From: Octopus vulgaris | Taxonomy: Eukaryota | Direction: 5' to 3' | DNA: 64,000 bases | Assembly (NCBI GenBank): GCA_951406725.2 | Contig: OX597826.1 | Coordinates: 63,550,001-63,614,000, forward strand | Shown: positions 55,871-64,000 of the stretch, in pieces | How the letters are laid out: each line of letters begins with the position of its first letter | Position numbering within the stretch: position 1 is the first letter of the stretch | Translations under genes and position numbers: made by a program | The notes under the pieces: generated by a model | Told to the model about the DNA's origin: nothing | Seen by the model: the letters and a program-made list of their open reading frames with translations, nothing else | Database searches by the model: none

Positions 55871-58833
55871 CAGCAGCAACAGCAGTGGGTGGAGGTGATA
55901 GTAGTAGTAGTGGTAGTGATATGGTGGTGATGGTAGTAGCAGTGGTAGTGGTAACAGTCGAAATAGTAGTTGTGTTGTTGATGGTGGTGGTAGCGGTGGT
56001 GGAGTTAATATGGTAACAATATCACCATCATCATCATCATAAATTACACAATCGCAATATCATCATCATCATCATCATCATCATTATTTGTTGCAATGAT
56101 AGCATAATATTGTCACTACTGTTGCCAACAATAGCAGAAACACAAGCCAACACGGGAGACTCTATGTCACTAGACCTGCTAGAAATAGCAGCTGTCTATC
56201 AAATCACACTTTACTATCTTGAAAATGGGTATGTTGGATATCATGGTCCTGGGTTCCCAGCACACAGGACAAAGATGAGATGGTCGTGGTTGGAATTCCT
56301 TTGATCAAAGGTCTATTTGATCAGGTATGACCTAAGCCTAAACAATTACAGCAACATCAGAAATAGTGTAGCCAGTGAGAGAGCTTGTATATGGTTACTC
56401 AAGTGCTAGAAATAGCTACCAACTAATCTACATCGACCTTGATCACACCCTAATGCCTGAAAGAAAGGAAGGATGTATTGGATAATTTCATCATGAGTGT
56501 AAGGATGTAGTTAAGAAGTTCACTTTGCAACCACATGGTTTCAGGTTCAGTCCCACTGTGTGGCACCTTGGGCAAGTGCTTTCTGCTATAACCTTAGGCT
56601 AACAAATGCCTTGTGAGTAAATTTGGTAGATGGAAACCGTGTAGAAGCCCATTGTGTGTGTGAGAGAGAGAGAGAATGTGAGCATATGTGTGTAAGAGAG
56701 AGTGAGAGAGAGACAGAGAAAGTGTGTGTATGTGTGTGTGTGTGTGTATGCATGCAAGCACAAACATCTATCTTTGTGTTTATCTCTTACCAATTTGACA
56801 ATCAGTGTTGGTTTGTTTACATCCCTGTAACTTAGTGGTTTGACAAAAAGACATTGACAGAATAAGTACTAGACTTTAAATAAGCATTGCGGGGTGGAAG
56901 TGTCAATTTAATTGACTAATCCCTGCAAAGCAATGCACTAGCATGGCTTTGCAATTGAATGACTGAAATAGGTTTAAAAAAAAAAAAAATATGCAAAAAA
57001 ATTATTTGTGGTTGGAACATCTTTTGGTCATAGGTCTGTCAGATCAGGGTTGACCTGGGGTTAAACAAATACAACAAAAGAAACAGTATTGTAACCTCCA
57101 AATGATCATCACCATCAATATTACCATCATCATCAACAGCAGCAGAAACATAAGCAAGAAATTACTTTTTTTTCTTTTTAGGCATAGGTGCAAATATGGT
57201 TCATAGGCACAAGCATGGCTCATAGGCGCTACCATGGCTCATAGGGACAAGCATGGCTCAGGTGCTAGCATGGCTCATAGATGCAAGCATGGCTCATAGG
57301 CGCAAGCATGGCTCATAGGTGCAAGCATGGCTCATAGGTGCAAGCATGGCTCATAGGCGCAAACATGGCTCATAGGCGCAAGCATGGCTCATAGGTGCAA
57401 GCATGGCTCATAGGTGCAAGCATGGCTCATAGGTGCAAGCATGGCTCATAGGCGCAATCATGGCTCATAGGCGCAAGCATGGCTCATAGGTGCAAGCATG
57501 GCTCATAGGTGCAAGCATGGCTCATAGGCGCAAACATGGTTCATAGGCGCAAGCATGGCTCATAGGGGCTAGCATGGCTCATAGGTGCAAGCATGGCTCA
57601 TATGCGCAAGCATGGCTCATAGGCGCAAGCATGGCTCATAGGTGCAAGCATGACTCATAGGTGCAAGCATGGCTCATAGGTGCAAACATGGCTCATAGGT
57701 GCAAGCATGGCTCATAGGTGCAAGCATGGCTCATAGGTGCAAGCATGGCTCATAGGCGCAAGCATGGCTCATAGGCGCAAGCATGACTCATAGGTGCAAG
57801 CATGGCTCATAGGCGCAAGCATGGCTCATAGGTGCAAGCATGGCTCATAGGTGCAAGCATGGCTCATAGGTGCAAGCATGACAGTGTGGTCAAAAGGCTT
57901 GCTTTGCATCCACATGGTTTCAAGTTCAGTTTCACTACATGACATCTTGGGCAAGTGTCTTCTGTTATAGCCCTAGGCTGACCAATGCCTTGTGAGTAAA
58001 TCTGGTAGATGGAAACTCATGTATATACGAATGTTTGTGTGTTTGCCTCACCCCCACACCCACCACCATCACGTGACAACTGGTGTTGGTTTGTTTACAT
58101 CTCCATAATTTAGCAGTTTGTCAAAAGAGACTGATAGAATAAGTACCAGACTTGATAAGTAGTAGGGGTCTTGTCCTGAAAACTACTCGGTGACCCTGTT
58201 GGCACTGGTGCTGGTTCCATGTAAAAAGCACTGGTGCTGGTGACATGGAAATGGCACTAGTGCAGGTGTCACATGAAAAGTGCTGGTGCCACCTAAAAAG
58301 CACCAGTGATGGTGCCATGTAAAAAACACCCAGTACACTTTGTAAAGTGGTTGGCATTAGGAAGGGTATCCAACCACAGAAACCATAGCAAAACAGATAA
58401 TGGAACCTGGTACAGCCCCTGGCCTAACCAGTTCTCATCAAATTGTCCAACCCATACCAGCATAGAAAATGGTTGTTTGATGATGATGATGATGATGATG
58501 ATAGGGATGATTCGCTTGACTAAACAGTTCAAAGCAGTATTCCAGAATATCCGCAGTCCTATGAGTGAAACAAGTAAAAGACGAGATAATGAAACTCTAA
58601 ACCAAGAGGAGGAGGAAGAGGAAAAGATGAAAAACAAAGTTAAAAGAGATTGACTTAGAGTGAAATTGAAATACTGACCTCATAATCTTTGTTGATGTTA
58701 GTCAGTACCCATTTATTGTTTGGTACATCCATACGGTCATACTCCATTCGGAAATTGAACATTTCCCATCCATGATTTTGTGGCATGCCTTCATTAATTT
58801 TGAATTGGAATGCATACAAATCTTCCAGACTCG
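567..58833 (-). CDS. MTMR6: Myotubularin-related phosphoinositide 3-phosphatase, MTMR6/7/8 subfamily (partial; 10 internal exons: 58679-58833, 45265-45393, 38008-38142, 14821-14953, 9945-10054, 7863-7985, 7206-7459, 5329-5469, 2802-2928, 567-998)
   Basis: The exons splice in frame at GT-AG boundaries into about 579 codons with myotubularin motifs: [91 protein letters not shown]. Paralog identity (6, 7 or 8) cannot be resolved; probably a single invertebrate pro-ortholog. Confidence 0.95.
2802..2928 (-). CDS. MTMR6: MTMR6/7/8 exon (127 bp): [42 protein letters not shown]
   Basis: Acceptor tttgtag, donor ATG|gtaagt, phase 2/0; start of the coiled coil. Confidence 0.93.
3062..3291 (+). mobile_element. 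piggyBac-like MITE (~230 bp)
   Basis: TTAA...TTAA ends with (C/T)CTTTAGCA / TAAAGGG inverted termini; same family as 8797-9024 and 20770-20998. Confidence 0.75.
3320..3707 (-). mobile_element. tRNA-derived SINE, family A
   Basis: Head with A box TGGCTGTGTGG and B-box-like GGTTCAGTCC; central (TA/CA)n; tail gactgaaacaa. Confidence 0.9.
4583..4980 (+). mobile_element. tRNA-derived SINE, family A
   Basis: Full-length copy: head ggagtggctgtgtggtaag, ccttgggcaagtgtcttc core, (TA)n, tail gactgaaacaagtaa. Confidence 0.9.
5329..5469 (-). CDS. MTMR6: MTMR6/7/8 exon (141 bp): [24 protein letters not shown]...FPNTCPQIF
   Basis: Acceptor ctacag, donor AG|gtatgt, phase 2/2. Confidence 0.93.
6468..6600. 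repeat. (ATT)n microsatellite
   Basis: About 130 bp of imperfect ATT/GTT repeat; source of the poly-Y/I/L pseudo-ORFs. Confidence 0.95.
7206..7459 (-). CDS. MTMR6: MTMR6/7/8 exon (254 bp): [19 protein letters not shown]...[13 protein letters not shown]...[14 protein letters not shown]
   Basis: Acceptor atttcag, donor AG|gtatga, phase 0/2. Confidence 0.96.
7863..7985 (-). CDS. MTMR6: MTMR6/7/8 catalytic exon (123 bp): [41 protein letters not shown]
   Basis: Intact CX5R motif CSDGWDR; acceptor tttttttaag, donor CAG|gtgagt. Confidence 0.96.
8266..8665 (-). mobile_element. tRNA-derived SINE, family A
   Basis: Full-length reverse copy. Confidence 0.9.
8797..9024 (-). mobile_element. piggyBac-like MITE, opposite orientation
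   Basis: ttaaccctttagca...tgctaaagagttaa. Confidence 0.75.
9945..10054 (-). CDS. MTMR6: MTMR6/7/8 exon (110 bp): [37 protein letters not shown]
   Basis: Acceptor ttttcag, donor AAA|gtaaat, phase 1/0. Confidence 0.95.
10701..11060 (+). mobile_element. tRNA-derived SINE, family A
   Basis: Near full-length copy. Confidence 0.9.
14072..14801 (+). mobile_element. Non-autonomous Tc1/mariner-superfamily (Tc2/pogo-like) DNA transposon with nested RTE 3' end
   Basis: TA target duplication; TIR ccataaatcctcgagtataat / attatacacgaggatttacag; insertion at 14426-14638. Confidence 0.8.
14821..14953 (-). CDS. MTMR6: MTMR6/7/8 exon (133 bp): [44 protein letters not shown]
   Basis: Acceptor tttgtag, donor G|gtattt, phase 0/1. 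Confidence 0.95.
16070..16790 (+). mobile_element. 3' end of an L1/Tx1-type LINE (decayed ORF2 C-terminus plus 3'UTR)
   Basis: [12 protein letters not shown] zinc-knuckle remnant, [15 protein letters not shown]; ends in aataaa followed by (ATT)n. Confidence 0.55.
16925..17435 (+). mobile_element. Decayed RLE-type (R4/Dong-like) non-LTR retrotransposon C-terminus
   Basis: [16 protein letters not shown]...W.I....KWY.Y.P...ND.V.I.....TDREIKAN pattern, frameshifted. Confidence 0.6.
17460..17857 (+). mobile_element. tRNA-derived SINE, family A
   Basis: Full-length copy with A-rich end. Confidence 0.9.
18190..18660 (+). mobile_element. RTE-clade LINE 3' fragment
   Basis: [36 protein letters not shown]...KLRWSGHV...[14 protein letters not shown]; (gtaat)n tail. 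Confidence 0.85.
20770..20998 (+). mobile_element. piggyBac-like MITE, well preserved
   Basis: TTAA-CCCTTTAG...CTAAAGGG-TTAA; further decayed copies near 38284-38485 and 48265-48417. Confidence 0.8.
21594..21985 (+). mobile_element. Non-autonomous Helitron
   Basis: A|TCTCTATATATATAAAG 5' end; subterminal hairpin cctgagcaacgctggg; CTAG|T 3' end; no target duplication. Confidence 0.8.
22308..22536 (+). mobile_element. Mariner MITE with transposase C-terminal remnant
   Basis: TA-ttgggttggtgcataatta...taattatgcaccaacccaa-TA; internal [20 protein letters not shown]. Confidence 0.88.
23930..24680 (+). mobile_element. Decayed RTE-like LINE 3' fragment interrupted by a SINE
   Basis: [15 protein letters not shown] ... 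GGPRRHG / [15 protein letters not shown] remnants. Confidence 0.6.
24026..24339 (-). mobile_element. Young tRNA-derived SINE (distinct family) with 13-bp TSD
   Basis: A box TGGCCCAGTGG, B-box-like GGTTTCGATTCC; actcaagatccta at 24013-24025 and 24340-24352. Confidence 0.85.
25226..25737 (-). mobile_element. Second copy of the same Tc2/pogo-like element, inverted relative to 14072-14801
   Basis: TA-ccataaatcctcaagtata...tatactcaaggatttatgg-TA; internal sequence is the reverse complement of copy 1. Confidence 0.8.
26997..27095. repeat. Perfect palindrome, 49-bp arms, 1-nt spacer
   Basis: 26997-27045 is the exact reverse complement of 27047-27095. Confidence 0.95.
30570..30706. repeat. 27-bp minisatellite x5 (gtgcatgcatgcagagtgtgtgtgagt)
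   Basis: Direct tandem units inside a SINE. Confidence 0.9.
31722..32182 (-). mobile_element. RTE LINE 3' end (ORF C-terminus plus 3'UTR tandem repeats)
   Basis: [36 protein letters not shown] remnant followed by ggcacgtaaaaagcacc-type repeats. Confidence 0.7.
34877..35106 (+). mobile_element. tRNA-like SINE, family B, with 18-bp TSD
   Basis: Head aggtggcgagctggca...gagttcaaattcc; taagaaatagccaaatca at 34859-34876 and 35107-35124. Confidence 0.85.
35677..36100 (+). mobile_element. tRNA-derived SINE, family A
   Basis: Full-length copy. Confidence 0.9.
38008..38142 (-). CDS. MTMR6: MTMR6/7/8 exon (135 bp): [45 protein letters not shown]
   Basis: Acceptor tttgttag, donor AAG|gtaagg, phase 0/0. 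Confidence 0.95.
45265..45393 (-). CDS. MTMR6: MTMR6/7/8 exon (129 bp): [43 protein letters not shown]
   Basis: Acceptor ttttccag, donor TCA|gtaagt, phase 0/0. Confidence 0.95.
46308..46731 (-). mobile_element. Tandem dimer of family-B SINE nested in an older opposite-strand SINE
   Basis: Two ~185-bp direct units; the host SINE resumes at ~46735. Confidence 0.75.
47560..48256 (-). mobile_element. Decayed RTE-like LINE 5' region (5'UTR plus AP-endonuclease remnant)
   Basis: Frameshifted endonuclease-like stretches; RTE-type 5'UTR motif gagagcaatgctgttgggagttctaaactcctggtagggc. Confidence 0.5.
48900..49230 (+). mobile_element. 5'-truncated RTE 3'UTR copy with (GAT)n tail
   Basis: gccggtggcacgtaaaaagcacc repeats, ggttggcgttaggaagggcatccagc, (gat)n; relatives at 20-208, 9068-9266, 12177-12440, 24805-25046, 37535-37770, 58195-58500. 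Confidence 0.8.
53525..53590 (-). ncRNA. Degenerate minimal type-I hammerhead ribozyme-like motif (possible Penelope-like element relic)
   Basis: CUGAUGA-G...C-GAAA core with stem II, a 2-bp stem III capped by GUGA, a UUA triplet and an AAUGAUG/CAUCAUU distal stem I. Confidence 0.4.
53648..54056 (-). mobile_element. tRNA-derived SINE, family A
   Basis: Full-length reverse copy. Confidence 0.9.
55000..55457 (+). mobile_element. tRNA-derived SINE, family A
   Basis: Full-length copy; many older diverged copies elsewhere (e.g. ~2170-2520, 22670-23040, 28030-28420, 44625-45010, 56500-56970). Confidence 0.9.
57182..57880 (+). repeat. 19-bp minisatellite (~36 copies of gcaagcatggctcatagg[t/c]) fused to a SINE head
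   Basis: Uninterrupted tandem array with no spacers; runs directly into a family-A SINE body at ~57881. Confidence 0.95.
58679..58833 (-). CDS. MTMR6: MTMR6/7/8 exon (155 bp): [10 protein letters not shown]...[31 protein letters not shown]
   Basis: Acceptor ttcctctgcag, donor GAG|gtcagt; LYAF...GW..F...EY.RM.VP...W.....N..Y myotubularin pattern; not in the ORF track. Confidence 0.93.
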
Positions 58834-59178
58834 CTGCAGAGGAAAATTAAAAAAAAAAAAGAAAAGAAAAATAAGTAGGATTCAATTCAATTAGGAGACA
58901 GAACAGATAATGGACAGTAAAAAATATAATGATTATAATAATAATAATAATTCTTTCTAATTTTAGCACAAAGCCAGGAATTTTAGGGGGAAGTCAATTA
59001 CATCAATCCCAGTGTTCAACTGCTACTTATTTTATTGACCTTGAAAGGACAAAAGGCAAAGATGACCTCAATGAAATTTGAACTCAGAATGTTAAGAACC
59101 AGAAGAAATACTGCAAAGCAGTTTTTCCAGTGCCCTAATGATTTTCACAGCTCACTGCTTTAATGATGATGATGATGC

Positions 59179-59209
<31 letters not shown>

Positions 59210-60699
59210 AATAATAATAATAATGTATAATGGTTTCTAATATAAATAGAAGGCCAAACCATTTGCTTGAGAAAGATTATATAGTTTTGTTAAACTGACA
59301 TCAGTAATTGACTGCAGAGTGTTTTAAGAATTCTTTGAAGGATAAAAGGCAACAATTGATTTTAGTGAGGTTTGAACACGGAATCTGAAATGACAGACTA
59401 AATACCAATTCTGTCGATCAAACACTTTTAATTTTAATTGTTTTTAACATAAGCACAACGCTACAAATTTTGGAAAGAAGGTAGTAATCAATTAAATCAA
59501 CCCCAGTATTTATTTCACTGATAGCTTATTTTATTTGACACCCCAAAGGAAGGATGAAAAGCAATGTTGGCATCCATGAGATTTGAACTCAGAGCCTTAA
59601 TACTGATAAGAGATGTATGGTTACCATATTGACATATGGTACATCTTAATTATTTTAAACCTCTCCAGGTCTGAAAAGAGCGAATTTCTTCAAGAGAGAA
59701 AGTGAAAGAAGTCAATCCAGTGGTAGAATGGTATTTTATTTATTGATCCTGAAGGTAAAAATTGACTTCAGTGGAGTTTGAACTTGGAATTCTAGAAAAG
59801 AGCTAGAATAAATATGGTAAGGCATCCTATCCACTACTCTAATAACAGCTAATTCACTGTATGTGAGTGTGTTACATGTGTGCATGCATGCTTCAGTTAA
59901 ATATATGACAACAGATTTTGTTAGCAAAATTAATGATTAACAGTTTTAGTGGTATCTAACCAACATAAAAATGTACAACCATTACCAAATCAAAAATCAG
60001 AATAAAAGGGGAAAAAAAAAGAAGAAAAAAGAAGAAATAATAAGCTACTTCTCACTCTTTAAACAATTCTGCCCCCTCTAGAAATAGCAACCTATCCATC
60101 TAATTGCATATACACACAGACATACACACCCATTTTATTATATCTGAAAGATGGCTTTTGTAGTTGTACATGTTTGTTTTAATACATGACAAGAGTTATA
60201 TTTTATATTGACACTGTATAGTCTTGTTTAGTTTTTTCCTAATCAATGAGATAATGAGATATAAATGAAGTTTACTGCTTGTAATTCACTTGCCATCAAC
60301 AAAAATGAAGGTAAGGATATTGTTGTGTTGTTGTGTTGTATTGTTTTTAAAAAATGAGGGAAAAAAAACCCCACTGTATGATGATATAAATTAGTTTGAT
60401 ATTAGATATAGATAAACATATGTAGGTGGCATCCCTCAGTGTTGCAGAAAATGATGGAAAGTGCCAGAAGGGTGGAATTAAATAAATTGGGCGTGGCTGT
60501 TTGGACGATGGCAATTTGGCATGGCTGACTGGACACTGAACTTGTTTTGGCAACAGTAGTTTTTGGCCCTAGAGGCAAACACACAAACACACACACATGC
60601 AGACATGCAGAGTGAGAAACATTACAATTTACTTATTGAACACAACTGACATAAGCACCTTCCCACTCGTCATACACATAAAGAGGAACATGCTCCGAG

Positions 60700-60902
60700 A
60701 GTGAGAGAGAGAGAGAGAGAAGGAGAGAGAGAGACAGAGAGTAAAAGAAAGGGAGGGAGCAAGGAGGAAGGAGAGAGAGAGACAGAGAGCAAAAGAACGG
60801 GAGGGAGCAAGGAGAGAGAGACAGAGAGCAAAAGACCAAGAGGGAGCAAGGAGGAGGGAGAGAGAGAGACAGAGAGCAAAAGACCCGGAGAGAGAGAGAG
60901 AG
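60700..60902. repeat. Compound purine-rich tandem repeat (gagagagacagagagcaaaaga...gggagcaaggag, ~4 units)
   Basis: Direct tandem units of ~40-48 bp. Confidence 0.85.
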
Positions 60903-61475
60903 TGAATGAAGGAAACATTAAAGCAAGTGCCAAAACATCTCATACCTTCTATGGTGTCAGGAGGAAGACAAAGAGCAACTTCAGAAATGATTGTGAAGTC
61001 CAATCCTTGAACTATCAACCTTGGCCATGCATGCGTGTGTGTGTGTGTGTGTGTGCGTGTGCGTGTGTGTGTGCGTGCACTCACACACATGGTGTGTGTA
61101 TTTTCATAGAAAAGATTTTGTCGCAAAAGGATTAATGTCACCCACCCACCCACCCCTGCACATAGGCACTGCGAGATCATAAGAGTGCTTATTAACGGTT
61201 TGTGCATGCCAACAGTGCTCTACAAGTGTATAAGCGAAAGTTGTATTTTGTATATTTGGTTATGTCATATCTTTGGAACAAAAATATAATTTTGGAGAGA
61301 GAGATGGGGAGCGGGAGAAAAAAAAAGAAGAAAAAAGTGAGAGGGGGAAATAGAGTGCGCTTGGCAAAGTTTTCCCAAAACAGGTTGAAAAGAACTGCAA
61401 GCACATCTTTTCACAGGTTGTTTTACAGTGCTAATATGGGCTCTGATGCATTAATTATAAAATTGCCTATCACAT

Positions 61476-61517
<42 letters not shown>

Positions 61518-62070
61518 GAGCTCTGTGCATGATGAATTAAAACACACACACACACTGATTCTACACACTGGTATTTTGAGTATGAATGTACTGAGATCTT
61601 CAATATTTTTATATTAAAATGTGGATGGACATGGACACACACATACACGCAGACACACACACATGCATGTGCATGCACACACATACACGCTGAATTTCTT
61701 TGATCACATATGCTGGCTTCGAAATATATAAGATTAAAAGTGTTTATTTTTCTTCCAAGCTAACAATAACAAATATATTCTACCTATGTTGTTGTTGCTG
61801 TTGTTGTTGTTGTTCACTTTATGGTGATGTATTTTTTAAAAAAAAGTTTTTCCTTTGAGAATGAAAGTGCTGAGATGATGATGATGATTATAGAGATGAT
61901 GAAGACATTATTAAGAATGATCATGTTAGTGACGATGATGCCAACCAACACCGATCATGATTTCAAAGAACATGAATCTGCAGATGATTTATAGTCAGAA
62001 AATTCTAGCAATTTATTATCATCACATGTTTTAGCAGTAGAAGCATTCGGAGAAGAAACGAAACAACAGA

Positions 62071-62440
62071 GAATGGCTCTGTGTAGAATGGTGTAACTGT
62101 AAGGCTTTACAGAAAAATATCTTAGATCTGAAACTGCCTGAAGATGGAAGCTAGCTATAAACAAGAAACATAGCTTTGTCATCATAATCATCATTTTAAC
62201 GTCTACTTTTCCATCCTTGCATGGGTTGAACACAGTTTGTTGAAGCAGAGTTTCTATGGCTTCAACAAACTCTGTTCGATTCACACAACCAAGGCAAAGT
62301 GGACATTACAGCTATGATGATGATGATGATGAGGAAGCTATGTTTCTTCCTTATAGCTGGCTTTCATCTTCAGGCAATTTCAGATCTGAGATATTTTTTC
62401 CTAAAGCCTTATAGTTACACCATTCTACGTAGAGTCATTC
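62071..62440. repeat. Imperfect inverted duplication (foldback), arms ~180 bp, 12-nt loop
   Basis: 62071-62246 is reverse-complementary to 62259-62440. Confidence 0.9.
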
Positions 62441-63001
62441 CTATTGTCAACCCTCACATGTTTCCAAGTGAAATGATAGTTCCATATAACCAAATAATCT
62501 TTACACAAAAGACTGGAAATGAAGGACACTGCCTGCAAGGCAGTAACACTCATCTACAACTATCATGCAATGTCAAAATACACACAAACACACACACAGA
62601 GTTTACTGTTCCATTTTTGGTAGGACCGATAAAAAAAAAAAAAAGAAAAAAGAAGGATTCCATCCATCAAAAGAAGCAATTATCATTTAATACACAAAGC
62701 ACTGAAGGTGGTGAGCTGGCACAGTCATTAAGCACACAAGGTAAAAAAACTTAATGGCATTTTATCTGTCTTTACTTTCTGAGTTCAAAATCTGCCATGG
62801 TTGACTTTGTCTTTCATCCTTTAGAGGTTGATAAAATAAGTACCAGTGGAGCACTGGGGTTGACTTACCCCTTTCTGCAGCTTACTGGCTTTGTGCCAAA
62901 ATTTGAATCCAATATACAAAGGACCTAAATGTGAGCTGCTATAAGTAGTCACACACACACACACAGTAGTCATACACACACACACATACACATTTATATA
63001 T

Positions 63002-63396
63002 GGAAGGGGTAGACCCAGGAAGATGTGGAACGAAATGGTGAGAGAGGATCTTCAGATGCCAAGTCTTAGTAAGGAAACGACAAGGGACCAGGAGATGTGG
63101 CGATTTTCTGCACTTGATAAGACTCAAGCTAAGTAAAAAATACAGGCCCATTCTTCCAGGTACCGTTGCCAATTAAAAAGAACCCATGCCAGGGCTGCAT
63201 TAATACACCTCTGCTGGTGGGACATAAAAAGCACCCAGTATACTCTGTTCAGTGGTTGGCATTAGAAAGGGAACCCAGCCATAGAAACCATGCCTCAAAA
63301 GACAGCTGGAATCTGGACAGCTCCCCAGCAGGCCAGTTCCATGTCAAACTGCCCAACCCATGCCAGCATGGAAAGTGGATATTAAACAATGATGAT
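63002..63396 (+). mobile_element. RTE LINE 3' end: ORF C-terminus and 3'UTR
   Basis: GRGRPRKMWNEMVREDLQMPSLSKETTRDQEMWRFSALDKTQAK* (63002-63136), then the 3'UTR motif and (GAT)n tail. Confidence 0.85.
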
Positions 63397-63685
63397 CATC
63401 ATCATCGTTTAACAACCGCTTTCCATGCTAACATGGGTTGGACGATCTGACTGGGGTCTGGCGAACCAGATGGCTGCACCAGACTCCAATCTGATCCGAC
63501 AGAGGTTCTACAGCTGGATGCCCTTCCTAACGCCAACCACTCCGAGAGTGTAGTGGGTGCTTTTACGTGCTACTGGCACGAAGGCCAGTCAGGCGGTACT
63601 GGCAACGACCACACTCAAATGGTACTTTTTATGTGCCACCTGCACAGGAGCCAGTCCAGCGGCACTGGCAACGACCTCGCTTGAA
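63397..63685 (-). mobile_element. RTE 3'UTR copy inserted tail-to-tail with the previous element
   Basis: catcatcatcgtttaac...ggatgcccttcctaacgccaacc. Confidence 0.8.
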
Positions 63686-63694
63686 TGATGATAA

Positions 63695-63728
<34 letters not shown>

Positions 63729-64000
63729 TATATCTTAAATAGAAACTTTCAGAGACATGAAATTAATCATCTTTAACAGTAAAAATCATAGATAATAAAG
63801 TATAAATATTGAGTTAAAAACATACACAATTATAGCTGGTGAGTTATTACACTAGTAGTGACTATAAAATAGATGACTCAAAAAATAAGAATTATCAAGA
63901 ATATATTATATGCATATATGCTTGTTTGTGTGTGTGTGTGTAGATAGATAGACAGATAGATAGATTGGTATGTAAGTAGGTATGTGTGTGTGTATTCTTA

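Noticed and set aside
57182-57880. Regular short repeat array resembling CRISPR
   Set aside because: The units are contiguous with no unique spacers, there are no cas genes and the context is a eukaryotic intron; it is a minisatellite

Overview
AT-rich eukaryotic (metazoan) genomic DNA, dense in microsatellites and SINEs. The repeat families look like those of a coleoid cephalopod (octopus-like; inference). The whole window lies inside one minus-strand gene, an active-type myotubularin of the MTMR6/7/8 subfamily. I traced 10 internal coding exons by hand (58833 down to 567; 1739 nt; all GT-AG and phase-consistent). They include the HCSDGWDRT catalytic motif, a coiled coil and the first half of an atypical C-terminal FYVE domain. 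The N-terminal PH-GRAM exons and the last exon(s) lie outside the window. The introns (up to 23 kb) hold tRNA-derived SINEs, RTE, L1/Tx1 and R4-Dong-like LINE relics, mariner, Tc2-like and piggyBac-like MITEs, a Helitron and minisatellites. Nearly all ORFs in the supplied track are spurious. I found no convincing new protein-coding system. The most interesting signals are RNA-structural: a sense-strand degenerate hammerhead-ribozyme fold, a perfect 49-bp-arm palindrome, a ~180-bp foldback, inverted repeat pairs bracketing exons, candidate recursive splice sites, and a 19-bp minisatellite built from a SINE 5' end.
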